Notes under the pieces: model-generated
Database searches by the model: none
The model's input: the letters and a program-made list of their open reading frames with translations, nothing else
What the model was told of the DNA's origin: nothing
Assembly (NCBI GenBank): GCA_965246885.1
Contig: OZ251992.1
Span: 3,360,001-3,424,000, forward strand
Source of the DNA: Abditibacterium sp.
GTDB taxonomy: Bacteria; Armatimonadota; Abditibacteriia; Abditibacteriales; Abditibacteriaceae
DNA length: 64,000 nucleotides
Reading direction: 5' to 3'
Part shown: in pieces, positions 55,691 through 64,000 of the stretch
Position numbering within the stretch: the first letter of the stretch is position 1
Layout of the letters: every line of letters begins with the position of its first letter
Position numbers and translations under genes: made by a program

Positions 55691-56785
55691 TTAATCGGCG
55701 TCCTCACGCCCGCCGACGTTCCTCAACAGAGTAAACAAGGCACGATTGAGATAAAAATTCTCGCGTCCCACGCGGGCTTTGTTGAGGACGCCTATGCGAA
55801 CCAACTCGTCGAGATATTTGGTGGCCGTGACGCGCGACACCCCCAGTTCGTCGCGCGTGAACTCGATCTTGGTGTAGGGGTGGCGGAACAGATTGTTGAT
55901 CAAGTCTTGGCTGTAGATTTTGGGGAGTTCCTCCCGGATTTTGTGTTTGCCATTTTGCATGAGCGCCGCTATGTCGCGCACGAGCGTCGTTGTGGCGTGC
56001 GAGGTCTGCTCGACGCCTTCTAACATCCACAATACCCATTCTTCCCACGCGGCCTCGGCGCGCACTTTCTGAAGGAGGCGGTAATAATCCCGCCTGTTGC
56101 CGTTGATGTAGCGCGACAAATACAGCACCGGACTGCGGAGCAACCCCGCCTTGACGAGGTATAGGATGTTGATGATACGTCCGGTGCGCCCGTTGCCATC
56201 GTAGAACGGATGGATGCTCTCGAACTGGTGGTGGATGAGCGCCATCTTGACCAAAGGATCGAGGTCGCTTAGTTCATCCTCGTTGATGAATCGCTCCAAA
56301 TTGCCCATCAGCGACACGATGTCGTCGGGGTGTTGCGGCGGAGTGGAAACCGTTTCGCCCGTGCGCTCGTTGCGCAGCTCGGTTCCAGGCAACCGGCGAA
56401 AACCGGCGGCGTTTTCTTCGATGCACGCTTGCATCTGTAAAATATCGCTATTGAGCAACAACCCACTCACGCTCACGCGCTCGAAGCCTTCGCGGAGCGC
56501 TGTCGCGTAAAGATGTACTTCCTTGGCCGCCGAGGTGACGAATTGGCGGGCGGCGAAGTCGCTGCGATACAAATCATCGTGCGTGGTGATGATGTTTTCG
56601 ATGGCCGACGAATCTTTGGCTTCTTGGAGAGCGAGGGTGTTGAGCAAAATCTCGCTATTGGGGATGGACGCAACGACGCCCTTGAGTTCGGCGAGAGCGC
56701 TGTGGGCGCGAGCCAGTTTTCTGAACACAGCGCGCGTTTCGATGGCGTCCTCGCGTTCGAGGGGCAACAAGGGCAAATCGGGCAT
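55691..56785 (-). CDS. Fic family protein (N-terminal inhibitory motif, C-terminal HTH)
   Basis: HPFYDGNGRTGR canonical Fic motif; SSAIEN inhibitory motif; SRVTATKYLDELV HTH; start MPDLP. Confidence 0.93.
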   Translation of the reverse strand: MPDLPLLPLEREDAIETRAVFRKLARAHSALAELKGVVASIPNSEILLNTLALQEAKDSSAIENIITTHDDLYRSDFAARQFVTSAAKEVHLYATALREGFERVSVSGLLLNSDILQMQACIEENAAGFRRLPGTELRNERTGETVSTPPQHPDDIVSLMGNLERFINEDELSDLDPLVKMALIHHQFESIHPFYDGNGRTGRIINILYLVKAGLLRSPVLYLSRYINGNRRDYYRLLQKVRAEAAWEEWVLWMLEGVEQTSHATTTLVRDIAALMQNGKHKIREELPKIYSQDLINNLFRHPYTKIEFTRDELGVSRVTATKYLDELVRIGVLNKARVGRENFYLNRALFTLLRNVGGREDAD

Positions 56786-56845
56786 CTTCCCAGTAAAACC
56801 ATTCGCGCCCGCGTTGGCCCCCGATTCGCCACACCATCCGCCGCT

Positions 56846-57214
56846 ATGCTCCGACCAGAAAACACCCACCCCGGCGACCAAGACGCGAACCTGCGCGACG
56901 CCGACTTGCTCGAAACCACCGAAGCCGGGGGCTTGGGGCGCATGTCCGACTCGCCTTCGAGTGCCGCCGACGCGGGGCTGACCGACGCCCTGCCCGACTT
57001 CGATTCGGACATTGACTCCGACTTTAGCGATGGGGACGAAGCCCGCGAGATTACCATGACTGACGCGCTCGCAGGGAGCGACCGCTCCGAACTCCATTCG
57101 CCCGAAATGTCCGACATGATCGCGCCGGGCGAAGTGGACATCGAGGAATTGGACGACTTCACCATCGAAGAGGCGCTCCCGCCCGACGCGCGGCTCGACC
57201 CGCTCGAACCGTAA
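56846..57214 (+). CDS. Hypothetical highly acidic protein
   Basis: 122 aa, roughly 35 Asp/Glu, no Lys; normal codon usage. Confidence 0.65.
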   Translation: MLRPENTHPGDQDANLRDADLLETTEAGGLGRMSDSPSSAADAGLTDALPDFDSDIDSDFSDGDEAREITMTDALAGSDRSELHSPEMSDMIAPGEVDIEELDDFTIEEALPPDARLDPLEP

Positions 57215-57253
57215 GAGCGTGCCGCCGCGCCCCGCTCTGCCTACACTCGCCCC

Positions 57254-59320
57254 ATGTCGCAACTCCCCTTTTGGAACCTCTACCGGCACGGCTTCGCGCG
57301 GGTGGGCGTCGCCGTCCCGCATGTGCGCGTCGCTGACCCGACGTTCAACGCCGAGCGCACGGTGGCGATGGCGCGGCGCGCGGCAGAGCAGGGCGCGGCC
57401 CTCGTGCTTTTCCCGGAGCTTGGCATTTCCGCCTACTCGTGCGAGGACTTGTTTGCGCAGGACGCGTTGCTTGATGCCGTCGAAGCGGCGGTCGCTTCCG
57501 TCTGCGAACAAACGCGCGAACTGGATTGCTTGCTGCTCGTCGGCGCACCCGTGCGCGTCCAAAACCGCCTGTTTAACGGCGCCTTTGCGCTGCATAAAGG
57601 GCGCATTTTGGGCGTCATCCCAAAGTCGTATCTGCCCAACTACCGCGAGTTCTACGAGAAGCGTCAGTTCGCCGACGCTTCCGCCGTCCAAACGCCGCAC
57701 ATCCACTTCGCGGGACAACGCCACATCCCCTTTGGCACGGACTTGTTATTCGCGGCGCAAGGGCACGACGACTTTCAGATCGGCGTTGAAATCTGCGAGG
57801 ACGTGTGGACGCCGCTTGCGCCCTCGACCTTCGCCGCCCTTGCGGGCGCGACGGTGCTTTGCAACCTGAGCGCGTCCAACATCACCATCGGCAAGGCGCA
57901 GTATCGCCACAACCTGTGCGCCAACCAATCGGGCAAGACCGTGTCGGCCTACCTTTACAGCGCGGCGGGGCCGGGCGAATCCACCACCGACCTCGCGTGG
58001 GACGGGCACGCGATGATCTACGAAAACGCCGAACTGCTCGTCGAATCGCCGCGCTTTTCTTCGGAAGAGGAACTCATCCTCGCCGACATAGACCTCGAAC
58101 GCTTGGTGCAAGAACGCGCGCGCTTGTCGTCGTTCACCGATACCGTCGCGCGCTGGAAGGGCAGCCTCGACTTCCGCCGCATCGAGTTCGAGTGGGCGCC
58201 CCCCGCAGGTGAACTGCGACTCGAACACCGGGTCGTCGAGCGCTTCCCCTTCGTGCCCAACGACCCGCGCGTGCGCGACGAACGTTGCTTTGAGGCCTAC
58301 AACATCCAAGTTCACGGCCTCTTGAAGCGGCTTCAATCCATCCGGGGCGAGAAAATCGTCATCGGCGTGTCGGGCGGACTCGATTCGACGCACGCCCTCA
58401 TCGTCGCCGCCAAAACGATGGACAAGCTCGGCCTGCCGCGCCACAACATCCTCGGCTATACCCTCCCCGGCTTCGCCACCTCAGACAAGACCCTCGAAAA
58501 CGCGTGGGCGCTGATGAACGCGCTCGGCATCGAAGGCCGCGAAATAGACATCAAGCCCAGTTGCTTGCAAATGCTGCGCGACCTCGGCCACCCCTTCGCC
58601 GACGGCACCCCGCAATACGACATCACCTTCGAGAACGTGCAAGCGGGCGAGCGCACATCTCACCTCTTCCGCCTCGCCAACTTCCAAAACGCCATCGTGC
58701 TGGGCACCGGCGACCTATCGGAAATGGCGCTCGGCTGGTGCACCTACGGCGTCGGCGACCACATGAGCCACTACAACGTCAACGGCTCTGTTCCCAAGAC
58801 GCTTATTCAGCACCTCATCCGCTACGTCATCGAGACCGCCCAGTTCGACGCCCCAACGAGCGCCACCCTTGCCGCCATCCTCGATACGGAAATCTCGCCC
58901 GAACTCGTGCCCTCTGATACTGGCTCCAAGGACGCGCCCACCCAGTCCACGCAAGAGAAAATCGGCCCCTACGAACTGCAAGACTTCCACTTGTATTACC
59001 TCACCCGCTACGGTTTCCGCCCTTCCAAAATCGCCTTTCTCTGCCATACCGCATGGAGTGACACGACCAAAGGCGCGTGGCCCGCAGGCTTCGGAAGCGC
59101 CAAGCGAAACGCCTACACCATCGGCGAAATCAAGCGCTGGCTGGACGTATTCTGCTTCCGCTTCTTCCAACTCTCGCAGTTCAAAAGGAGTTGCGTCCCC
59201 AACGGCCCCAAAGTCGGGAGCGGTGGCAGCCTCAGTCCGCGCGGCGACTGGCGCGCCCCCTCCGACGGCGAAAGCGCGCCTTGGCTGGAAGAGTTGCGGT
59301 CAAACGTGCCGGAAGGATAA
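57254..59320 (+). CDS. nadE: Glutamine-dependent NAD+ synthetase
   Basis: Nitrilase-like domain (FPEL, PK.YLPNY.EFYEKR, EICED) plus [28 protein letters not shown]. Confidence 0.97.
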   Translation: MSQLPFWNLYRHGFARVGVAVPHVRVADPTFNAERTVAMARRAAEQGAALVLFPELGISAYSCEDLFAQDALLDAVEAAVASVCEQTRELDCLLLVGAPVRVQNRLFNGAFALHKGRILGVIPKSYLPNYREFYEKRQFADASAVQTPHIHFAGQRHIPFGTDLLFAAQGHDDFQIGVEICEDVWTPLAPSTFAALAGATVLCNLSASNITIGKAQYRHNLCANQSGKTVSAYLYSAAGPGESTTDLAWDGHAMIYENAELLVESPRFSSEEELILADIDLERLVQERARLSSFTDTVARWKGSLDFRRIEFEWAPPAGELRLEHRVVERFPFVPNDPRVRDERCFEAYNIQVHGLLKRLQSIRGEKIVIGVSGGLDSTHALIVAAKTMDKLGLPRHNILGYTLPGFATSDKTLENAWALMNALGIEGREIDIKPSCLQMLRDLGHPFADGTPQYDITFENVQAGERTSHLFRLANFQNAIVLGTGDLSEMALGWCTYGVGDHMSHYNVNGSVPKTLIQHLIRYVIETAQFDAPTSATLAAILDTEISPELVPSDTGSKDAPTQSTQEKIGPYELQDFHLYYLTRYGFRPSKIAFLCHTAWSDTTKGAWPAGFGSAKRNAYTIGEIKRWLDVFCFRFFQLSQFKRSCVPNGPKVGSGGSLSPRGDWRAPSDGESAPWLEELRSNVPEG

Positions 59321-59322
59321 AG

Positions 59323-59880
59323 TTAGTCCGCCCCAATCAACATCGCCTGACCCTCTTGCGCCGCAACTATAAAGAACGCGCGGAGATTCTCGTAGTCGCG
59401 GTTAATGCCGTAATCTTCAATCCCGTCATCGTTCCACCTCTCGTTCGCGGGATAAATCTGCGCTTCTCGGAACGCTTTGGCGTCATAACGGGCGGCCACG
59501 ACTTCAACGGGGAGCGGCTCCAAAGCGCGGGCGACTTCGGCAACTTCGGCGGGCGTCAGATAAAACGCGACGCCATAAGTCGTTTCGATGTCGGTCGGCG
59601 TGCCACCCATCACCACGTTTTTGAGCGGGGCGGGCACTTGACTTCCGCCTTGAAAGCAGAACTCGCCCGTCAGCAGGAAGTGAATGGACTGCCACGAGTT
59701 GGTGATGTCGAGGTAGCGCCCGCTCTCTTCCAATACTCTGAGCGAGACTGCGTAGGCGTCGTAATCGTCCATTCCGGCGCTGGTCTCGCCGAACCACTTT
59801 TCGAGCAGGTCGGCGGAGCCAGCCAGCAGGCCGTCCAACTCGGCGGACGACACGCGGCGATAGGATTGATTGATGCTCAT
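59323..59880 (-). CDS. YfbM (DUF1877) family protein
   Basis: LDITNSWQSIHFLLTG, YLTPAEV, IYP...W, YENLRAFF..AA. Confidence 0.85.
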   Translation of the reverse strand: MSINQSYRRVSSAELDGLLAGSADLLEKWFGETSAGMDDYDAYAVSLRVLEESGRYLDITNSWQSIHFLLTGEFCFQGGSQVPAPLKNVVMGGTPTDIETTYGVAFYLTPAEVAEVARALEPLPVEVVAARYDAKAFREAQIYPANERWNDDGIEDYGINRDYENLRAFFIVAAQEGQAMLIGAD

Positions 59881-61271
59881 GCGTCTTCAGTCTGCCCGTC
59901 CAAGAATTTCTTCGCTGTTTCCGAGAAGCGGTCGCGTCCGGCGCTTAGTTCAATGAGGGGGTCGGGGTAGGACTTGGGTTTTTCGCGCGACTTCCAAGGC
60001 TCGTAGATGATGCTGTGGGGCAGGTCGGCCAATTCGGGCAGCCATCGGCGCACGTAGTCGGCATGCGGGTCGAACTTCTGGCCTTGGCTGGTCGGGTTGA
60101 AAATGCGGAAGTAGGGCGAGGGGTCTACGCCGCAGCCCGCGACCCATTGCCAGTTGCCCACGTTCTGGTTGCGGTCGCCGCAAAGGAGCAGGCCGCGAAA
60201 GATGGCCTCGCCGACGCGCCAATCTATCAAGAGGTGCTTGCACAAAAACGACGCGCAGACCATCCGCACGCGGTTTTGCATAAAGCCGGTCTGCTGAAGT
60301 TCGCGCATGCCCGCGTCCACGAGCGGGTAGCCGGTTTCGCCGCGCGTCCAGCGTTCGAGGTCGGCTTTCGAGTCCGCACCTTTCCCGTCGCGCCAAGGGA
60401 AGCCGAGCCAGTTGTCGCGGTATTCCTGTGTTGCCGACTTCGGGTGCCTGTCCAACACGTCGGCGTAAAAGTCCCACCACGTTAGCTCCGCGCGCCACTT
60501 TTCGGTGTTGGCGCGCGAAAACGCGAGGCGCGGCGACAGGGCGCCGATATTGAAGTAGTAACTCAGCTTCGAGGTCGAGTCCTCGCGTCCCGGCTCATCC
60601 CGCGTGCGCTCGTAGGTCGCCTCCCCGTTTTTCAAGAACCACTCCAGCCGTCCCAAAGCCGCGTCCTCGCCCGCGTCGGGCAGGGGAATATCGGATTTCA
60701 CGGTTGGAATATCGCCGGTTCTAATCTTCGTAGGGAGAGCCGCCATCTCCCCGGGCGCGTCGAAGAGTTCGGGCTTAGGGAGCGTCGCCCACTTCTTGCG
60801 ATAGGCGCCGAAGACGCCGTAGCGCCCGCCCTCGTTGCTCACGACTTCTCCCGGATCGTGCGTGTATTGGCCGGGGTGCGCGTGGAACTCAATGTCCAAT
60901 TCCGCGAGCATCTTTGCCGCGCGCGCGTCGCGGTCTTTGGCGTAGGGCGTATAGGTTTTGACGACATGCACCGCCGCGACATTGCCCAATTCCCCAATTA
61001 ACTCGCGCAGTTGCTCGACGACATCGCCGCGCCGCACGACCAAATCGGCGCCCAGTTCGCGGTATTTGTCGCGCAGCGCCCGCACGTTTTCCAAAAAGTG
61101 CGCTTGACGGCGCGGCGTGAGGTCGGGGCGCGCGAAGATGGCGTCGTCTATAATGACAAGCGGAACGACAACGCCGCCCGATTGCGCGAGTTCAAGGGCA
61201 TTGTAGAGCGCCGGGTGATCGTGGGTGCGCAGTTCGGTACGGTGCCAAACGAGGTGGACGGATTGAGGCAT
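59877..61271 (-). CDS. phrB: Deoxyribodipyrimidine photolyase
   Basis: VWHRTELRTHDHPAL, TSKLSYY, GETGYPLVDAGMREL, NRVRMVCASFL, NVGNWQW, YFRIFNP; start MPQSV. Confidence 0.95.
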   Translation of the reverse strand: MPQSVHLVWHRTELRTHDHPALYNALELAQSGGVVVPLVIIDDAIFARPDLTPRRQAHFLENVRALRDKYRELGADLVVRRGDVVEQLRELIGELGNVAAVHVVKTYTPYAKDRDARAAKMLAELDIEFHAHPGQYTHDPGEVVSNEGGRYGVFGAYRKKWATLPKPELFDAPGEMAALPTKIRTGDIPTVKSDIPLPDAGEDAALGRLEWFLKNGEATYERTRDEPGREDSTSKLSYYFNIGALSPRLAFSRANTEKWRAELTWWDFYADVLDRHPKSATQEYRDNWLGFPWRDGKGADSKADLERWTRGETGYPLVDAGMRELQQTGFMQNRVRMVCASFLCKHLLIDWRVGEAIFRGLLLCGDRNQNVGNWQWVAGCGVDPSPYFRIFNPTSQGQKFDPHADYVRRWLPELADLPHSIIYEPWKSREKPKSYPDPLIELSAGRDRFSETAKKFLDGQTEDA

Positions 61272-61305
61272 GAACGAAAAACAGGCAAAGCCAACGCCAT
61301 AATCT

Positions 61306-61361
61306 CTCGCAAAGACGCGAAGGCACAAAGGATTTGTTTTGCGTCTTCGCGCTTTTGCGAG
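61306..61361. repeat. Imperfect inverted repeat built of CGCAAAG-like units
   Basis: CTCGCAAAGACGCGAAGGCACAAA / TTTGCGTCTTCGCGCTTTTGCGAG. Confidence 0.6.
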
Positions 61362-61418
61362 GAAATATAAGTCAACTACCGAACTTTCCCGCTCCCAGCG
61401 CCCATCCAAAGAAAGAGA

Positions 61419-61991
61419 ATGGAACTTGTTCTGCCCCGCCCGCCGCTTCTGCTTGGCGCCGCTTCCGCCCCCTTAAGCGACGAGGCGCGTCTGCTCGAAC
61501 GGGCGCGCAGGGGCGAAGTGGGTGCGCTCGATTGCCTCCTGAACGCGCATCGCGGGCGGATTTTGAACCTGTGTTTCCAAGTTCTGCGCGTAGAAGCCGA
61601 CGCCGAGGACGCCGCGCAAGAAACCTTCGTGCGCGCTTTCTCGAAGCTCGACAGCTTTCGCGGCGCGTCGGGGTTCGGGACGTGGCTGTATCGCGTGGCG
61701 CTCAACGTCTGCTTGGAACGCCGCCGCATGGGGCGCCCGACCGAAGCGCTCAGCGACGAACTCCATGCGCCGCCGACTTCGCCCGACGAACGGTTGGCGC
61801 TTGAATGGGCGCTCGACCAACTATCTGAGCCACTGCGTCTCGCGCTCATCTTGCGCGAGTGGCACGGGCTGAGCTACGAGGAAATCGCGGGCGCGCTGCA
61901 TCTGCCCATCGGCACCGTCCGCTCGCGCTTGTCCGCCGCGCGCGAGGAGTTCCGCCGCGTATGGACGCTTTTGGAGGAGGAAGCGCAATGA
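61419..61991 (+). CDS. ECF sigma-70 factor (paralog of 36743)
   Basis: AEDAAQETF, FGTWLYRVALN, LILREWHGLSYEEIA, GTVRSRL. Confidence 0.93.
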   Translation: MELVLPRPPLLLGAASAPLSDEARLLERARRGEVGALDCLLNAHRGRILNLCFQVLRVEADAEDAAQETFVRAFSKLDSFRGASGFGTWLYRVALNVCLERRRMGRPTEALSDELHAPPTSPDERLALEWALDQLSEPLRLALILREWHGLSYEEIAGALHLPIGTVRSRLSAAREEFRRVWTLLEEEAQ

Positions 61992-62341
61992 ACCACGCCC
62001 CCGACGAACTGCCCGCTTCGGCCCGCTCCGCGTTCGAGGCTTATCCGCACCTCGCGCCCTCCACCAGCTTCAACCGCGCGGTGTTGGAGTCGCTCGCCCG
62101 CGAACGCGCGCGCCGCAAACGCGGCCTCGTCGGGCGCATCGAAGAGTTTCTTGGCTTGGGGCTATGGAGTTTCGCCGCCTCCGGGGCGCTGGGCGCCTTT
62201 CTTCCCGCCGCCGTCTTGGGCGCCTTGATGCTGTCGGGGCACAGCGCGCCGCCCAAGCCAACGAAGCCAGAAGTGCCAGCCGCGCTGTTGGGATGGGGGC
62301 CGTTCGACCTGCGGCGCAACCGCGAGTATTTGCAAGTCTGA
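61988..62341 (+). CDS. Putative anti-sigma factor (paralog of 37327)
   Basis: ATGA-coupled; PASARSAFEAYP.LAP...F matches PAPIRAAFDAYP.HAP...F. Confidence 0.65.
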   Translation: MNHAPDELPASARSAFEAYPHLAPSTSFNRAVLESLARERARRKRGLVGRIEEFLGLGLWSFAASGALGAFLPAAVLGALMLSGHSAPPKPTKPEVPAALLGWGPFDLRRNREYLQV

Positions 62342-62359
62342 TTTTCTACGAGGCCATCT

Positions 62360-64000
62360 ATGAAAAAAATCCCGTTGGGCGTGAAGCTCTTCCCGCTGTT
62401 GTGGGCGCTCGCGCTCTTTTTGCCGCCCGTGCGCGAAATGGCGCGCACCATTCCCTTTTATCGGAACACGCGCAGCATTTATAACGACTCGGTGCCAGAC
62501 AACCTTCCACCGGATAACCCGACTGCCATCGAGTGGAACATGGAAGCGAGCGGCACGAGGGTGGAAGATCTCCGCGCGTTGGACGCGCTCGCGGCGCGTT
62601 TCCCGGAACAGCGATGGGTTGTCGCGGCGCGTTTGCGCCGCACGTGCGGGCTGGCGTTGTCGTTGCATCTCGATGATGGAACCGCCGCGAAGCAAGGCAA
62701 CAAGCCTTCCGTGCTGGATGCCGAGGAACTCGAACGCGCCGCGCAAGTTGCGGCGGCGGCGGGAAAACAGGAGCCGGACAACTCGTTCTGGCCTTGGATG
62801 GAAGCCTTCTTTCGCTTTGCCCTCCATCAAAACGAGGCGGGGGCGGCGTGTATGGAGCGGGCCGGAAGCGCGTCGCACTTCGATGATTACACGCAAAGCA
62901 CGGTGCGTGGGCGCGTCGCGCTGTGGAAACAGTGCGACCATCCGGCCTTTGAGGAAAAGATTGGTGTTTGGGTAGGGATTCTGTTTTCCCACTTTGCACC
63001 GATGCGCGCAACCTGTCGCGCGGCGGCGTATCAAGCCCTGCTCGCCCGCAAACGCGGCGACAACGCGCGCGCCGTGCGGCTCGGCGCCGCGATTCTGCGC
63101 GCCAACAAGGGGTTGTATGATGATTCGTGGGCAGTCATCGGCTCACTTGTAGCCCAAGCGGGCGTAATAGCGTCACTCGAAATACTCTTGGCCGAACCAC
63201 TGCCGAAGTCAGCGACGCCACCGGGCGGCGTGATACAGCACAAATCGGGAGGAGCGCCACCAATAGCAGCGATGTCGCCGGACGCCGTTGCGCAGCACAG
63301 ACAGAAACTGAAGGCGAAGTGGGCGCAGTTCGCGCGCGCCAACGGGCGTCCCGATTTGGCGACGGACGCCGATTGGATGGCTCTGCCCCCAGTGACGCAG
63401 AGCTTGGCAGCCTACTACGGACAGGCTATTTGGGCGCTGTTCGGCTTGCCACCGTCTCAAGGGCACATTGCGGCACTGGCGCCGTTGCTGCTGTTTTGGT
63501 GGTGGGCCTTTTGTTTTTCATCCGCGACGGTGTGGCTGGTGGGAGCGTTTCTCGCATGGCGCGGCAATGAGGGAGCGACCTCCTCGCGTGGGCAGGCTGT
63601 GGCCTGTGGCAACTTCGGGTTTTGGGCACTGGTGGGCGCGTTCTTTGTAGCGATTCAAAGTGGGTGGATGCCGGGAGTCTTGCTTGAATTTTGGGGGCAA
63701 TCCGATGATGCCCCGACTCAACCCACCGCGTTTTATATTTCAGTGCTCGCGCTGGCGTGTTGGCTCGTGCCCGTTGCGTTTGTGGCGTGGAAGCGCGACC
63801 GCCGCTTTCGCTGGGTGCGCCCGCTCTATCCTAAGCCCGATAACTCGCGCGCCGCGCGTCGAGGGGCGTGGATGGTGGCGGGTGTCACGGGGTTGATCGC
63901 GGCGTTGATGCTATGGGAATACCCGTCAGGTTGGCACCCGGCGGTTTTGTTTTTCGTGTGCGCCATAGTGTCGTTTGCCAGCCTCGTGCTCGCGCTCGTT
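62360..64000 (+). CDS. Large membrane protein, 3' truncated (paralog of 37782)
   Basis: Manual translation MKKIPLGVKLFPLLW...; EPDNSFWPWMEA vs DPNNGFFPWMEA; SHFAPMRA...ARKRGDN vs PHFAAMRS...ARARGDN; absent from the ORF track, consistent with running off the window. Confidence 0.85.
   Translation, partial: MKKIPLGVKLFPLLWALALFLPPVREMARTIPFYRNTRSIYNDSVPDNLPPDNPTAIEWNMEASGTRVEDLRALDALAARFPEQRWVVAARLRRTCGLALSLHLDDGTAAKQGNKPSVLDAEELERAAQVAAAAGKQEPDNSFWPWMEAFFRFALHQNEAGAACMERAGSASHFDDYTQSTVRGRVALWKQCDHPAFEEKIGVWVGILFSHFAPMRATCRAAAYQALLARKRGDNARAVRLGAAILRANKGLYDDSWAVIGSLVAQAGVIASLEILLAEPLPKSATPPGGVIQHKSGGAPPIAAMSPDAVAQHRQKLKAKWAQFARANGRPDLATDADWMALPPVTQSLAAYYGQAIWALFGLPPSQGHIAALAPLLLFWWWAFCFSSATVWLVGAFLAWRGNEGATSSRGQAVACGNFGFWALVGAFFVAIQSGWMPGVLLEFWGQSDDAPTQPTAFYISVLALACWLVPVAFVAWKRDRRFRWVRPLYPKPDNSRAARRGAWMVAGVTGLIAALMLWEYPSGWHPAVLFFVCAIVSFASLVLALV

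Noticed and set aside
55691..57724. 677-aa ORF as an N-terminally extended Fic protein
   Set aside because: The extension is antisense to nadE and the acidic ORF; Fic homology starts at MPDLP (56785)

Overview
High-GC (roughly 65% by eye) bacterial chromosomal segment, densely coding, with no integrase, transposase, prophage structural gene, rRNA or CRISPR array visible. Gene content (photolyase, CsbD, PRC-barrel protein, many sugar-catabolic enzymes) suggests a free-living soil-type organism; Armatimonadota/Abditibacteriota is my tentative guess only. Contents: (i) the 3' end of allophanate hydrolase and an ~11.6 kb uncharacterised catabolic cluster (SDR, four Gfo/Idh/MocA enzymes, TIM-barrel epimerase, SIS protein, FAD oxidoreductase, MetE-like enzyme, MBL hydrolase, phosphotriesterase-family enzyme); (ii) housekeeping genes (two murJ paralogs, a UbiD-family decarboxylase, tRNA-Arg(ACG), xylA, trxA, rlmN, sucC and sucD split by three genes, nadE, photolyase); (iii) an McrBC-like type IV restriction pair in mcrC-mcrB order with an ~110-aa insert in the GTPase domain, next to a Fic gene; (iv) two paralogous cassettes of ECF sigma, anti-sigma-like protein and large membrane protein. 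Features not explained by the gene list: a dispersed family of intergenic arrays with 21-bp periodicity around the palindrome CAGACGTCTG (three copies, one framed by a perfect 47-bp inverted repeat), a fourth 21-bp array with a different core, REP-like multi-hairpin elements, and an apparently strong avoidance of RTCGAY that distorts Ile-Asp and Val-Asp codon choice. All assignments come from reading motifs by eye; no searches were run.
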